Source: Polyangiales bacterium
GTDB lineage: Bacteria; Myxococcota_A; Polyangia; Polyangiales; Polyangiaceae
Reading direction: 5' to 3'
NCBI GenBank assembly: GCA_038231275.1
Contig: JBBRLQ010000012.1
Span: 32,001 to 96,000, forward strand
Length of the DNA stretch: 64,000 bases
The notes beneath the pieces were generated by a model. It worked only from the letters and a program-made list of their open reading frames with translations. It made no database searches and was not told where the DNA came from. Below are positions 9,640 to 21,321 of the stretch, in pieces. Every line of letters begins with the position of its first letter. Position 1 is the first letter of the stretch. The translations under genes were made by a program, and so were the position numbers.

Positions 9640-10187
9640 GGGTGCCGCACCTTTCTCGCGCCGCCGAGACGTCGGGCGGCGGCCGCGACGTCGGCCCGCG
9701 CGCTCCGCAAGCGCGAGCTCACGGTGCCGTCCGGAATACCGAGCGCCTGGGCCACCTCGGCGGTCGTCAGCTCCTCGAGATCGTGGAGCACGAACACCGA
9801 CCGGCGATCGGCGTCCAGCGTATCGAGCGCCTCCGCCAGGAGCTCGCGCTGGCGGGCGCGGTCGAGCGCGTTCTCGGGAGCGCTCGAGGGGGCCGCGGCA
9901 TCCGGCTGCTCGCCGAGGATTTCGGCGCGGTGGCGCGCGAGACGCCGGTGCTCCGACGCCACGCGCGCCGCAAACGCGCATAGCCAGGGGCGCGCAGGAC
10001 GCGCGGAGTCGTAGGTGCCAATCGCCTTGTACACGCGGAAAAATACCTCGTTCGCGAGGTCCTCGCGGTCCGCCTCGGCCACACCGAGACGTCGCAGGAC
10101 GTTCCACACGAAGCCGAAGTTCTCGGAAAAGAGGGCGCGAAAGACGACCGCCACCTCCTCTACTTGGCGCGTGGTGGGCTGGCTCAT
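9636..10187 (-). CDS. ECF RNA polymerase sigma factor
   Basis: FVWNVLRRLG, EDLANEVF, RPWL, EVAQALGIPDGTVSSRLRSAR. Confidence 0.93.
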   Translation of the reverse strand: MSQPTTRQVEEVAVVFRALFSENFGFVWNVLRRLGVAEADREDLANEVFFRVYKAIGTYDSARPARPWLCAFAARVASEHRRLARHRAEILGEQPDAAAPSSAPENALDRARQRELLAEALDTLDADRRSVFVLHDLEELTTAEVAQALGIPDGTVSSRLRSARADVAAAARRLGGARKVRHP

Positions 10188-11200
10188 CGAAAAATCTGCA
10201 CGCCAAGGCCGACGCCGACGTCGAACGACACCGAGGGCGCCGTGAAGACGAGCGCGCCGTTCATGTAAGCACGGTGAGGCGTGAAGGAGCCGAGGCCGGA
10301 GAGTGCGCCGAACGCGTAGACGGGGCCCGCGAGGGCAACCGCCGCGCCGAACCGCGCGCCGGCACCCGTGAACAAGGCCGCCGCGGATCGAGGCGCGCTC
10401 ACCTCGCTCGTCGTGGCGCGAAATGAACCGAGCGCGCCGAGGACGCACGCGAACGGACGCCACCTCTCGCCGACGAGAACGCCGCACGCGCTCGCGACGA
10501 TGAGCGCGCGCGAGGCCTCCACGCGCCCGCCCCCTGGAATCGCGTCGGACGCGGGCAGCTCGTAGTGTCCATCGACGCCGAGGGACCAGAACCTCCCGAC
10601 CACGCGCGCGCCGAGGCTGCCCCCGAGCGTCGGCGACGGCGCGCCCGCCGCGACACCGTGCCCTCCGAGCTCCAACGCAAGGCCGAGCGTGCGCGGAGCT
10701 TCCGGAGCGGCTGGCCCCGGGTCGGGCGACGCGGTCGCGGCGGGGGGCGTGACCGGCGCGGCAGGCGAGGGCTCCGCGAGCGGCGGCGTCGACGGGGCTG
10801 GGTCCGGCGCAGGCGCGGACGGCGCAGGCGTATCGAGATCGTCGATCGCGATGCTGATCGCGAGCGCGAGGCTCTTCACCACCTCGCCGCAGTCGCTCGT
10901 CGTGGACGGAAGCGCGCGCTCGCCGAGCGACACGCCGGCGTCGTCGAGGATCTTGAGCTCGGCCGAATAGCCGCTCGGTCCTTTCTGGATCTGCGCCACG
11001 ATCGTCCGGTTCGCGGTCGGAAAAAACGGATCGTAGCCCAGTCGATCGGCGACGGCGCGCCGCAGCGTGGCCTCGTCGGGGCACCCTTGCGCGCCGGGCC
11101 CGCGGACGTACGTGAGGCGCGACGTCGGCGACGCGCGCGCGGATCCCGTGACGGCGACGGTCGCGACGGCCGCCACGAGCAGGGCGAGACCGCCTCTCAT
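10184..11200 (-). CDS. Secreted protein with N-terminal Cys domain, Pro linker and C-terminal beta-barrel-like domain
   Basis: Signal peptide (SARA), GCPD..C motif, alternating beta-strand pattern at the C-terminus; stop overlaps the sigma ATG. Confidence 0.7.
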   Translation of the reverse strand: MRGGLALLVAAVATVAVTGSARASPTSRLTYVRGPGAQGCPDEATLRRAVADRLGYDPFFPTANRTIVAQIQKGPSGYSAELKILDDAGVSLGERALPSTTSDCGEVVKSLALAISIAIDDLDTPAPSAPAPDPAPSTPPLAEPSPAAPVTPPAATASPDPGPAAPEAPRTLGLALELGGHGVAAGAPSPTLGGSLGARVVGRFWSLGVDGHYELPASDAIPGGGRVEASRALIVASACGVLVGERWRPFACVLGALGSFRATTSEVSAPRSAAALFTGAGARFGAAVALAGPVYAFGALSGLGSFTPHRAYMNGALVFTAPSVSFDVGVGLGVQIFR

Positions 11201-11288
11201 CGACGTTGGACGCTAGACGAATCTCCCGCGGCGCGCACGGGGAAGCAGAAAGGCAAATGAGCGACGGCCCTCGCCGCCAAGCGAGGGT

Positions 11289-12521
<1,233 letters not shown>

Positions 12522-12590
12522 TCGCGCTCCCCACGCGCTCTCAACGCAGCGCATCAATTCGAAAGAGAAGCGCGTTAGAGTGGCCGCGCC

Positions 12591-13252
12591 ATGCACCTCT
12601 CTCCTCGCGATCTCGACAAGCTGATCCTGCACGGCGCGGGCGTGCTCGCGCAGAAGCGCCTCGCGCGTGGCCTTCGCCTCAACTACCCCGAGACGATCGC
12701 CCTCCTCGCGACGCAGCTCCTCGAGCTCATTCGCGACGGCCGCTCGGTCGCGGAGCTGATGGACCTTGGCCGGCGCATGCTCGGCCGCGCGAACGTGATG
12801 CCCGGCGTCGGCGCGATGATCCACGAGGTTCAAGTCGAGGGCACGTTCCCCGACGGCACGAAGCTCGTGACCGTGCACGAGCCGATCGCGCTCGATCATG
12901 GAGACCTCGCGCTCGCCTTGCATGGCTCGTTCTTGCCGATCCCGCCGGCCTCGTCGTTCCCGTTCGACGCGGCGAAGGAAGACCCCGTCACGCCGGGCGC
13001 GTTCGAGGTGAAGCCCGGCACTATCGAGCTGAACCCCGGCCGCCCTGCGACGCAGCTCTCCGTGAAAAATACTGGGGATCGTCCCATCCAGGTCGGCAGC
13101 CACTACCCCTTCGCCGACACGAACTCCGCGCTCCACTTCGATCGCGCGGAGGCGCAGGGCAAGCGCCTCGACATCCCCGCCGGCACCGCCATCCGCTTCG
13201 AGCCCGGCGACGAGCGCACCGTCGACCTCATTCCGTGCGCGGGAGCTGCGCC

Positions 13253-13256
<4 letters not shown>
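12591..13256 (+). CDS. ureAB: Urease gamma/beta fused subunit
   Basis: [16 protein letters not shown] and [14 protein letters not shown], followed in-frame by [13 protein letters not shown] and [15 protein letters not shown]. Confidence 0.96.
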
Positions 13257-14968
<1,712 letters not shown>

Positions 14969-14982
14969 CGTATGCTCGTTGG

Positions 14983-15636
14983 ATGCGGCGAGGGGTGCGT
15001 CTCGCGTTCGCGACCGTGACGATCGGCTTCGGCGCCGCGTGTGGGCTGACGTTGAGCGGTTCCGGAGATCTCGCGCCAGACGACGCGGGCTCGAGCGGAT
15101 CGTACGAGGCGGCGGCGCTCGGGCCGGCGAGTGACGGGACCGTGCCCACGGGCGCCGCCGACGGCGCGAGCACGAACGACGCGTCGGGGGACGCCGCGGG
15201 CGGAAGCGACGCCAGAGGAGGGAGCGACGCCTCTTCGAAAGACGCCGCCGACGCGGCTCCCGGCACCGACGCAAATCCCCCGCCCGATGCGCGGAACGAC
15301 ACGGGTACGACGAACACCATCACGTGCCCGAGCGGCGGCACCGTCTCCGACTGCGCGCAATGCAGCGGCAATCCGCTGCTCTGCGCGATGTGCAAAACCA
15401 GCTCGGTCGAGTACATCTGCGTCCCGCCGGGCTCGTCGTGCTACGCCGACTACCGCACGTCCGGCTACGACTGGTGCCGGTGCTCGCCGGGCAACCCGTC
15501 GTCGTGCGTTCTCCCGCAGCAAGAGTGCAACACGTACGACGGCGGCGTGTGCGTCACCTGCGGAGAGCGCCAGACGCAAGGCTTCCCCTGCAAGAGCGGC
15601 GGGTCGTGCAACGAGTCCGCGGCCAAGTGCCAGTAG
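14983..15636 (+). CDS. Cys-rich lipoprotein
   Basis: GAAC-GL lipobox, D/A/G-rich linker, Cys-rich C-terminus. Confidence 0.75.
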   Translation: MRRGVRLAFATVTIGFGAACGLTLSGSGDLAPDDAGSSGSYEAAALGPASDGTVPTGAADGASTNDASGDAAGGSDARGGSDASSKDAADAAPGTDANPPPDARNDTGTTNTITCPSGGTVSDCAQCSGNPLLCAMCKTSSVEYICVPPGSSCYADYRTSGYDWCRCSPGNPSSCVLPQQECNTYDGGVCVTCGERQTQGFPCKSGGSCNESAAKCQ

Positions 15637-15729
15637 CCGCGGCGGTCCTTGGTGTCAGCGCGCATCTCCCTCGCGCCGCGGTAGGCGCTTGCCGATGGAC
15701 AGGCCACGTGCGAAAGCTGGGGCACGCGC

Positions 15730-16389
15730 ATGCGCTGGCTCCTGCTGCAGCTCGCCGACTCGGCGTTCCCAACGGGAGGATTTGCGCACTCCGCGGGGCT
15801 CGAGGCCGCGGTCCACCTCGGTGAGGTGACGACGTCGGCCGAGCTGGCGGCGTTCGTCGACGACGCGATCTCGCAGGCCGGCCACTTCGCGCTGCCCTTC
15901 GTGGGAGCGGCGCACGATGATCCCGCGCGCCTCGCGGAGCTCGACGAGACGTGCGATGCGCAGCTCACGAGCCACGTCGCCAATCGCGCGAGCCGAACCC
16001 AGGGCCGTTCGTTCGCAGCCACGTGCGCGCGCGTGTTCGATGCGCCGTCGCTCGCGCCCATCGACGAGGCCTGCCGAACGCGCGCGCTGCATGCGCACCT
16101 CGCGCCGGTGCTCGGGGCCGCGATGCGCGCCGTCGACGTTGCGCGCGACGATGCACTGACGCTTCATCTCCATGGGGTCGTGCGCGGCCTCGCGTCTGCG
16201 GCGGTGCGCCTCGGGATCGTCGGACCGCACGAAGCGCAGCGCCTCGTCCACGCGCGCGGGGCGACGATGGATCGCGTCCTCGTCGCGTGCGCAGCTCTCG
16301 CACCCGAGGACGCGCACCAGACCGCGCCGCTCCTGGACATTTTCGGGGGAACCCACGATCGCCTCTATTCGCGCCTCTTTCAGTCCTGA
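15730..16389 (+). CDS. ureF: Urease accessory protein UreF
   Basis: LLQLADSAFPTGGFAHSAGLEAA ... HDRLYSRLFQS. Confidence 0.95.
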   Translation: MRWLLLQLADSAFPTGGFAHSAGLEAAVHLGEVTTSAELAAFVDDAISQAGHFALPFVGAAHDDPARLAELDETCDAQLTSHVANRASRTQGRSFAATCARVFDAPSLAPIDEACRTRALHAHLAPVLGAAMRAVDVARDDALTLHLHGVVRGLASAAVRLGIVGPHEAQRLVHARGATMDRVLVACAALAPEDAHQTAPLLDIFGGTHDRLYSRLFQS

Positions 16390-16395
16390 GGTTCC

Positions 16396-17127
16396 ATGGG
16401 CCACGACCACGATCACGACCACGACCATCCCCACGACCACGTGCACGAGCGGCTCGCGCATCCGGGGCTGTTTCGTGACCGGGCTCCGGCGCGACCGAGG
16501 GAGTTCGGGAAGCGCGCGTTCACCGTGGGGATCGGAGGGCCGGTAGGGAGCGGGAAGACGGCGCTCGTCCTCGCGCTCTGCAAGAGACTGCGCGACGGCG
16601 TGCGTCTCGGCGTCGTCACGAACGACATCTTCACGCGCGAGGACGCGGAGTTCTTGCAGCGCAACGACGCACTCGCGCACGAGCGCATTCGCGCCGTCGA
16701 GACCGGTGGCTGCCCCCACGCCGCGATCCGCGAGGACATCAGCCACAACCTCGACGCGCTCGAGCAGCTCCACATCGACGCCGCGCCCGAGCTCCTCCTT
16801 CTGGAGAGCGGCGGCGACAACCTGGCGGCGCAGTTCAGCCGCGAGCTCGTCGACTACACGATCTACGTCATCGACGTGGCAGGCGGCGACAAGGTGCCGC
16901 GCAAGGGCGGGCCGGGGATCACGCAGAGCGATCTCCTCGTCATCAACAAGATCGATCTCGCCCCGCACGTCGGCGCGAGCCTCGACGTGATGAAACGCGA
17001 CTCCGAGCGGATGCGCCAGGGGGGGCCGTTCGTCTTTGCGCAGTGCCGAGAGGGGACGGGGATCGACGAGATCGCGCGCCGGGTGCTCGCGGCGCGAACC
17101 GACGCACTCGGCCAGTCGCGCACGTGA
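16396..17127 (+). CDS. ureG: Urease accessory GTPase UreG with His-rich N-terminus
   Basis: [42 protein letters not shown]. Confidence 0.97.
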   Translation: MGHDHDHDHDHPHDHVHERLAHPGLFRDRAPARPREFGKRAFTVGIGGPVGSGKTALVLALCKRLRDGVRLGVVTNDIFTREDAEFLQRNDALAHERIRAVETGGCPHAAIREDISHNLDALEQLHIDAAPELLLLESGGDNLAAQFSRELVDYTIYVIDVAGGDKVPRKGGPGITQSDLLVINKIDLAPHVGASLDVMKRDSERMRQGGPFVFAQCREGTGIDEIARRVLAARTDALGQSRT

Positions 17128-18035
17128 GCTCCACGCTGACCGCGCTGCTCGAGGAGACGACACCGCCGCCCGCGTCGGCCGACGTCCACGCATACCTCGC
17201 CCATCTCGCCGCGCTCCCCAAAACGCTCGGCACCGTTGAGCGCGCGGCGCGTGCCGGTGCGCTCGCGGATCGGCTCGGGTTCGCGTTCGCCGGCGGCTAC
17301 CACGCGGCGCTGAACCGACTCTGTCCTAGCGTCGTTCGGGCGTGCCTGTGCGCGACCGAGTCGGGCGGCGGCCACCCGCGCGCGATGAAGACGCGCCTCA
17401 CGGTGCGCGAGGACGGCGAGGGCTTCGCACTGTCGGGCACCAAGACGTTCGCCACGCTGGCACGCGCCGCGACGACGCTGCTCGTCGTCGCCAGCGTCGG
17501 CGAGAAGGCGGGCAAGAACGATCTCCGCGTCGTTCGCCTCCCGGCCGATCGCGAAGGTGTAGAGTACACAGATCTTCCGCCGACGCGGTTCGCCCCTGAA
17601 ATCCCGCACGCCGTGCTCCGCTTCGACGGGACGCGCGTGGAGGCGGACGAGGTCCTGGAGGGCGACGGCTACGACACGTACCTGAAGCCGTTTCGCACGA
17701 TCGAGGACGTTCACGTGCTCGCCGCGGCGATCGGGTACGTCGTACGAACGGGCCGCGCGTACGGCTTCGCGCGCGAGACGATCGAGGCGCTCTTCGCGCA
17801 CCTGGCGGCGCTGATGGCGCTCGGCGAAGCGCCGCCGCTCGATCGAGGGGCGCACGTCGCGCTCGCTGGCGTCCTCTCGTCGGTCCGCGCGACGCTCGCC
17901 GACGCCGCGCCGCACTGGGCCGGCGCGCCCGACGACGTGCAGCAGCGATGGCTCCGAGACGCGCCCCTGCTCCACGTCGCCGATCGCGTCCGCGCGGCAC
18001 GCACGGACGCGGCGTGGGAGCCGAAGGCGCGATAA
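17124..18035 (+). CDS. Acyl-CoA dehydrogenase-like protein
   Basis: [30 protein letters not shown] overlaps the ureG stop. Confidence 0.75.
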   Translation: MSSTLTALLEETTPPPASADVHAYLAHLAALPKTLGTVERAARAGALADRLGFAFAGGYHAALNRLCPSVVRACLCATESGGGHPRAMKTRLTVREDGEGFALSGTKTFATLARAATTLLVVASVGEKAGKNDLRVVRLPADREGVEYTDLPPTRFAPEIPHAVLRFDGTRVEADEVLEGDGYDTYLKPFRTIEDVHVLAAAIGYVVRTGRAYGFARETIEALFAHLAALMALGEAPPLDRGAHVALAGVLSSVRATLADAAPHWAGAPDDVQQRWLRDAPLLHVADRVRAARTDAAWEPKAR

Positions 18036-18047
18036 GCTGTGGACTCG

Positions 18048-18554
18048 ATGCCGAACGCGACCTTCCGCACGATCCGCCGTGAAGACGATGCCGCCGTGGC
18101 CTCCATCATCCGTACCGTCATGCCGGAGTTCGGCGCGAGCGGCCCCGGCTTCGCGATCCTCGATCCCGAGGTCGACGCGATGACCGCCGCCTACTCGGGT
18201 CCGCGCAGCGTCTACTACGTCGCCCTTAGCGGCGCGCGCGTGGTCGGCGGCGGCGGCGTGGGCCCGCTCTTCGGCGCGGACGCGGACGTGTGCGAGCTCC
18301 GCAAGATGTACTTCCTCACCGAAGCGCGGGGCACCGGGGCCGGCAAGGCGCTCCTCGCCGAGTGCATCGTCGCCGCTCGCGGCCTCGGATACCGCACGAT
18401 GTACCTCGAGACGCTGACCGGCATGGACGCCGCGCGCACGCTCTACGAAAAGGCCGGATTTGCCCGCCTCGACGCGCCGATGGGGAAGACCGGCCATTTC
18501 GGGTGCAACCGCTTCTATGCCCTCTCGTTGTCGGCGGAAGGGAGCGCGACGTGA
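18048..18554 (+). CDS. GNAT N-acetyltransferase (YjgM-like)
   Basis: CELRKMYF..ARGTGAG, MYLET, LYEKAGF, TGHFGC. Confidence 0.88.
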   Translation: MPNATFRTIRREDDAAVASIIRTVMPEFGASGPGFAILDPEVDAMTAAYSGPRSVYYVALSGARVVGGGGVGPLFGADADVCELRKMYFLTEARGTGAGKALLAECIVAARGLGYRTMYLETLTGMDAARTLYEKAGFARLDAPMGKTGHFGCNRFYALSLSAEGSAT

Positions 18555-19306
18555 TCGATCTCCGGAAGAAGACCTGCCTCGTCACCGGCGCCTCCGGCGG
18601 CATCGGCGCGGTCATCGCCCGCACGCTGCACGCGCAAGGGGCCACGGTCGTCCTGCATTACCACCAGGGGAAGGCGGCGGCCGACGCGCTCGCCGCCACG
18701 CTCGGCGCGCGCGCCATCTGCGTCGGCGCCGATCTGGGCACTGATGAAGGACCCACCGCGCTGTTCCGCGACGCGCTCGCCAAAGCGGGCGAGATCGACG
18801 TCCTCGTGAACAACGCCGCGACGATGCCAGAGGCGCGCGTCGAAGGGGACCTGGCGTCGTGGCACGCGGGCTGGCGGCAGACGCTGCAGGTGAACCTCGT
18901 CGCGGCCGCCGACTTGTGCCGGGAGGCCATCACGCATTTTCAGAGTCGAAAGGGCGGCATCCTCGTGAACATCGCGAGCCGCGCGGCGTTCCGCGGGGAC
19001 AGCCCCGAGTACATGGCGTACGCGGCGTCGAAGGCCGGGCTCGTCGCGCTCACGCGAAGCATCGCGCGCGGCTTCGCGAAGGACGGCGTGCTCGCCTACG
19101 GCGTCGCGCCTGGCTTCGTCACCGTCGGAATGCCCGCCGAGCACTACCGCGTTCACGGCACCAAGCGCATCGTCGCGGAGATCCCGCTCGGCGAGATCTC
19201 GCCGCCCGAGGACGTCGCCAACGTCGTCGCCTTCCTCGCCTCGGGCCTCGCGCGCCATGCGACGGGCACCACCATCGACGTCAACGGCGCGTCGTACGTC
19301 CGCTGA
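18551..19306 (+). CDS. Short-chain dehydrogenase/reductase
   Basis: TGASGGIG, LVNNA, YAASK. Confidence 0.93.
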   Translation: MIDLRKKTCLVTGASGGIGAVIARTLHAQGATVVLHYHQGKAAADALAATLGARAICVGADLGTDEGPTALFRDALAKAGEIDVLVNNAATMPEARVEGDLASWHAGWRQTLQVNLVAAADLCREAITHFQSRKGGILVNIASRAAFRGDSPEYMAYAASKAGLVALTRSIARGFAKDGVLAYGVAPGFVTVGMPAEHYRVHGTKRIVAEIPLGEISPPEDVANVVAFLASGLARHATGTTIDVNGASYVR

Positions 19307-19346
19307 CGCTCGTTCCTCGATCGTCCGCTGACGCTCGTTCCTCGAT
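19297..19346. repeat. Perfect 25-bp tandem duplication at a convergent gene junction
   Basis: cgtccgctgacgctcgttcctcgat at 19297-19321 and 19322-19346. Confidence 0.9.
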
Positions 19347-20197
19347 CAACGGCACACGACGCTGGGCCACCTTCCTTCGGGCACGCCCGTCGCCATTGCG
19401 TGCGCGCGAGCGAGCACGCCGGCGCACGTGTCGACGCGCGCGGCGATCGTGTAGGGGACGTAGGTGCCGTCCTCCGGCGCGGCGGCGTCGCGCGAAGCTT
19501 TTCCGTGATGGCCTTCGGTCCCTTGCGACACGACGCCCACGATGTCGCCAGTCTCGCGCGACCACACCGGACCGCCCGAGTCGCCGGGGCGCGCGAGGCC
19601 GCTCACCACGATCGAGCCGGCCATCACGCCGGTGGTGACCCCGCTGCGGTACCCACGAAGGAGCGCCCGCTGCGACCAGCCGGCCGCCGGCACCGTCTTC
19701 GATCCGTCGCGCGTCCCGAAACCGGACGCCATCAGATCCTCGTCCTCCCACGGTTCGGCCACGACGCGCGCCGATCGCGTCGGCACCTCGGGCGGGAGGT
19801 TCGTCTCGAGGACGAGCGCCGCGATGTCGCCGCGCGCCGTCTCGTTCCAGCACGGGCATGTCACGACGCCGACGACGCCGACGCGCCCCCACGGCAAATA
19901 GTCTCCGCCGAGCTCGACGCGAATGTCGCCCGGCGCGTGGCGCACCCACTTGTCGCCGTGATCGACGACGCAGTGCTGCGCGGTCAAGACGACTCCCGGC
20001 TCGACGAGCGCGCCCGAGCACGAGCCGCCGTGGGACAGGACGTGGACGATCCAGTCGTCGGGCGTGGCGTCGATGTGCGACAGATCGAGGAGGTGGGTGT
20101 CCGCCTCGAGCCGCAGGCTCGTGGAGAGCGAGAGGCGCGGATAATGGGCGCAGCTTGCGGCGAGGAGCGAGAGCGCGAGGACGACGCGCTTCAGCAT
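19346..20197 (-). CDS. Trypsin-like (S1) serine protease lipoprotein
   Basis: LAASC lipobox; LTAQHC, DIA, GDSGGP catalytic triad. Confidence 0.9.
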   Translation of the reverse strand: MLKRVVLALSLLAASCAHYPRLSLSTSLRLEADTHLLDLSHIDATPDDWIVHVLSHGGSCSGALVEPGVVLTAQHCVVDHGDKWVRHAPGDIRVELGGDYLPWGRVGVVGVVTCPCWNETARGDIAALVLETNLPPEVPTRSARVVAEPWEDEDLMASGFGTRDGSKTVPAAGWSQRALLRGYRSGVTTGVMAGSIVVSGLARPGDSGGPVWSRETGDIVGVVSQGTEGHHGKASRDAAAPEDGTYVPYTIAARVDTCAGVLARAHAMATGVPEGRWPSVVCR

Positions 20198-20354
20198 GCG
20201 CGACGGATTTGCAAGGGTCGCGCCCCCACGCAGCGACGCCAAGCGCGCGAGCTCGCAGGCGACGCCGAGCCCATGCGGGATCGGGCGCCTCTGCTGCGTT
20301 TCGAACGCGAGAGCTTGCGCCCCGGCGCCGGGTGTCGCACATCTTAAGGAGAGA

Positions 20355-20717
20355 ATGTCCGACGAACCGGAGCAGGACAGCGACGTCGTCTACCTCCACA
20401 GCCCGACCGACGACGGCGACGGCGTTCGCGTCGTCCGCGCGCGTCAGGGCAAGGTGGAGATGGGCGAGGTGCGTCCCATCGCCGAGGGCAAGCCGCTCTC
20501 CGGCGAGATCGTCAGTCTTCGTCCGCGCGAGGGCTCGCCTCGGGTATGCGACGTGAAGGTCGAGTACGCGAAGACGGACGACGCAAAGCCCGCGAGCGCC
20601 TCGGGGAGCGCCGCGAAGGGCCCCGCGCAAGTCGCGACGACGACGTACCGCGACAACTGGGAGTCGATCTTCGGAAACGCCGGCCGCCGCTCGAAGAAGG
20701 CCGCCGTCCTGAATTGA
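20355..20717 (+). CDS. Hypothetical protein
   Basis: AAGGAG RBS; typical codon usage; C-terminal QVAT..YRDNWESIFG. Confidence 0.75.
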   Translation: MSDEPEQDSDVVYLHSPTDDGDGVRVVRARQGKVEMGEVRPIAEGKPLSGEIVSLRPREGSPRVCDVKVEYAKTDDAKPASASGSAAKGPAQVATTTYRDNWESIFGNAGRRSKKAAVLN

Positions 20718-20870
20718 TCGCGCGCGTCTGGACAAACTCGTCCGTAGTGCGCACGTTGCGGAGCACTCGAGGCTCTCGGGGCGAAGTCATCTGCGCACCA
20801 AACCGCGCTGCCGCCCGCACCCTCACAACGTTTTTTCGGCCGAAACGCCGAGGCACCTTTCAGACAATTC

Positions 20871-21013
20871 GCATCGGTCCACGGCGACGTGCGGCTTCTC
20901 GTTCGTTCATCCGTTCGAGAAGGCGCACGACCGCCGGAATGAGCCCACGCCTTCGGCGTGACGCGCAGCCGGGGAGCCACGTTTGCTCCACGCGCCGATG
21001 CACCGTTTTCCCG
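20871..21013 (+). ncRNA. Candidate structured RNA (multibranch) in the leader of the Ro60-like operon
   Basis: GCATCGGT(20871-78)/GCCGATGC(20994-21001) helix enclosing hairpins at 20889-20928, 20946-20960 (cUUCGg) and 20973-20989. Confidence 0.4.
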
Positions 21014-21041
21014 CGCCCATCCGGCAAGGCCCCACAAGCAA

Positions 21042-21141
21042 GCTCGGAGATTGTTGGTTCGACTCCAACCGGCTGCACCGCGTTCTCGGACGCTCTCGCA
21101 CGCAGCTGTAGCCTAACGGTAAGGCACCGGCCTCTTAAGCC
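21042..21141 (+). ncRNA. Circularly permuted tRNA-Lys(CUU)-like element; candidate YrlA-type Y RNA
   Basis: T arm GTTGG-TTCGACT-CCAAC (21053-69) and 3' acceptor CGGCTGC (21070-76) come first. A 25-nt linker follows, then 5' acceptor GCAGCTG (21102-08), TA, D arm GCCT-AACGGTA-AGGC and anticodon arm CCGGC-CTCTTAA-GCC. Confidence 0.75.
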
Positions 21142-21321
21142 AAAAGCCATGGCTTTCCCACTCGGGCGTGGGCAATTCTTTTCAAAAGATCGAGATCACC
21201 GCCGCGTGGACGCCAAACGTTCGCGCGCCCGAGCCGCAGGTTAAATCGGGCACACGAACGGCGGCCGCGCGTCCCGCGGCGGGGTTCTCTCAGTTATTCT
21301 TCCCTTCCTTCGGAGGTCCCC

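Noticed and set aside
20965..21079. Linear tRNA using GCAGCCG (20965) as the 5' acceptor strand
   Set aside because: It pairs with CGGCTGC, but the ~80 nt between them lack a D arm and anticodon arm. The permuted reading has all canonical elements. It may be an alternative fold.
21042..21141. Canonical tRNA-Lys gene
   Set aside because: The halves are in reversed order; downstream of the anticodon there is no T arm or 3' acceptor strand.
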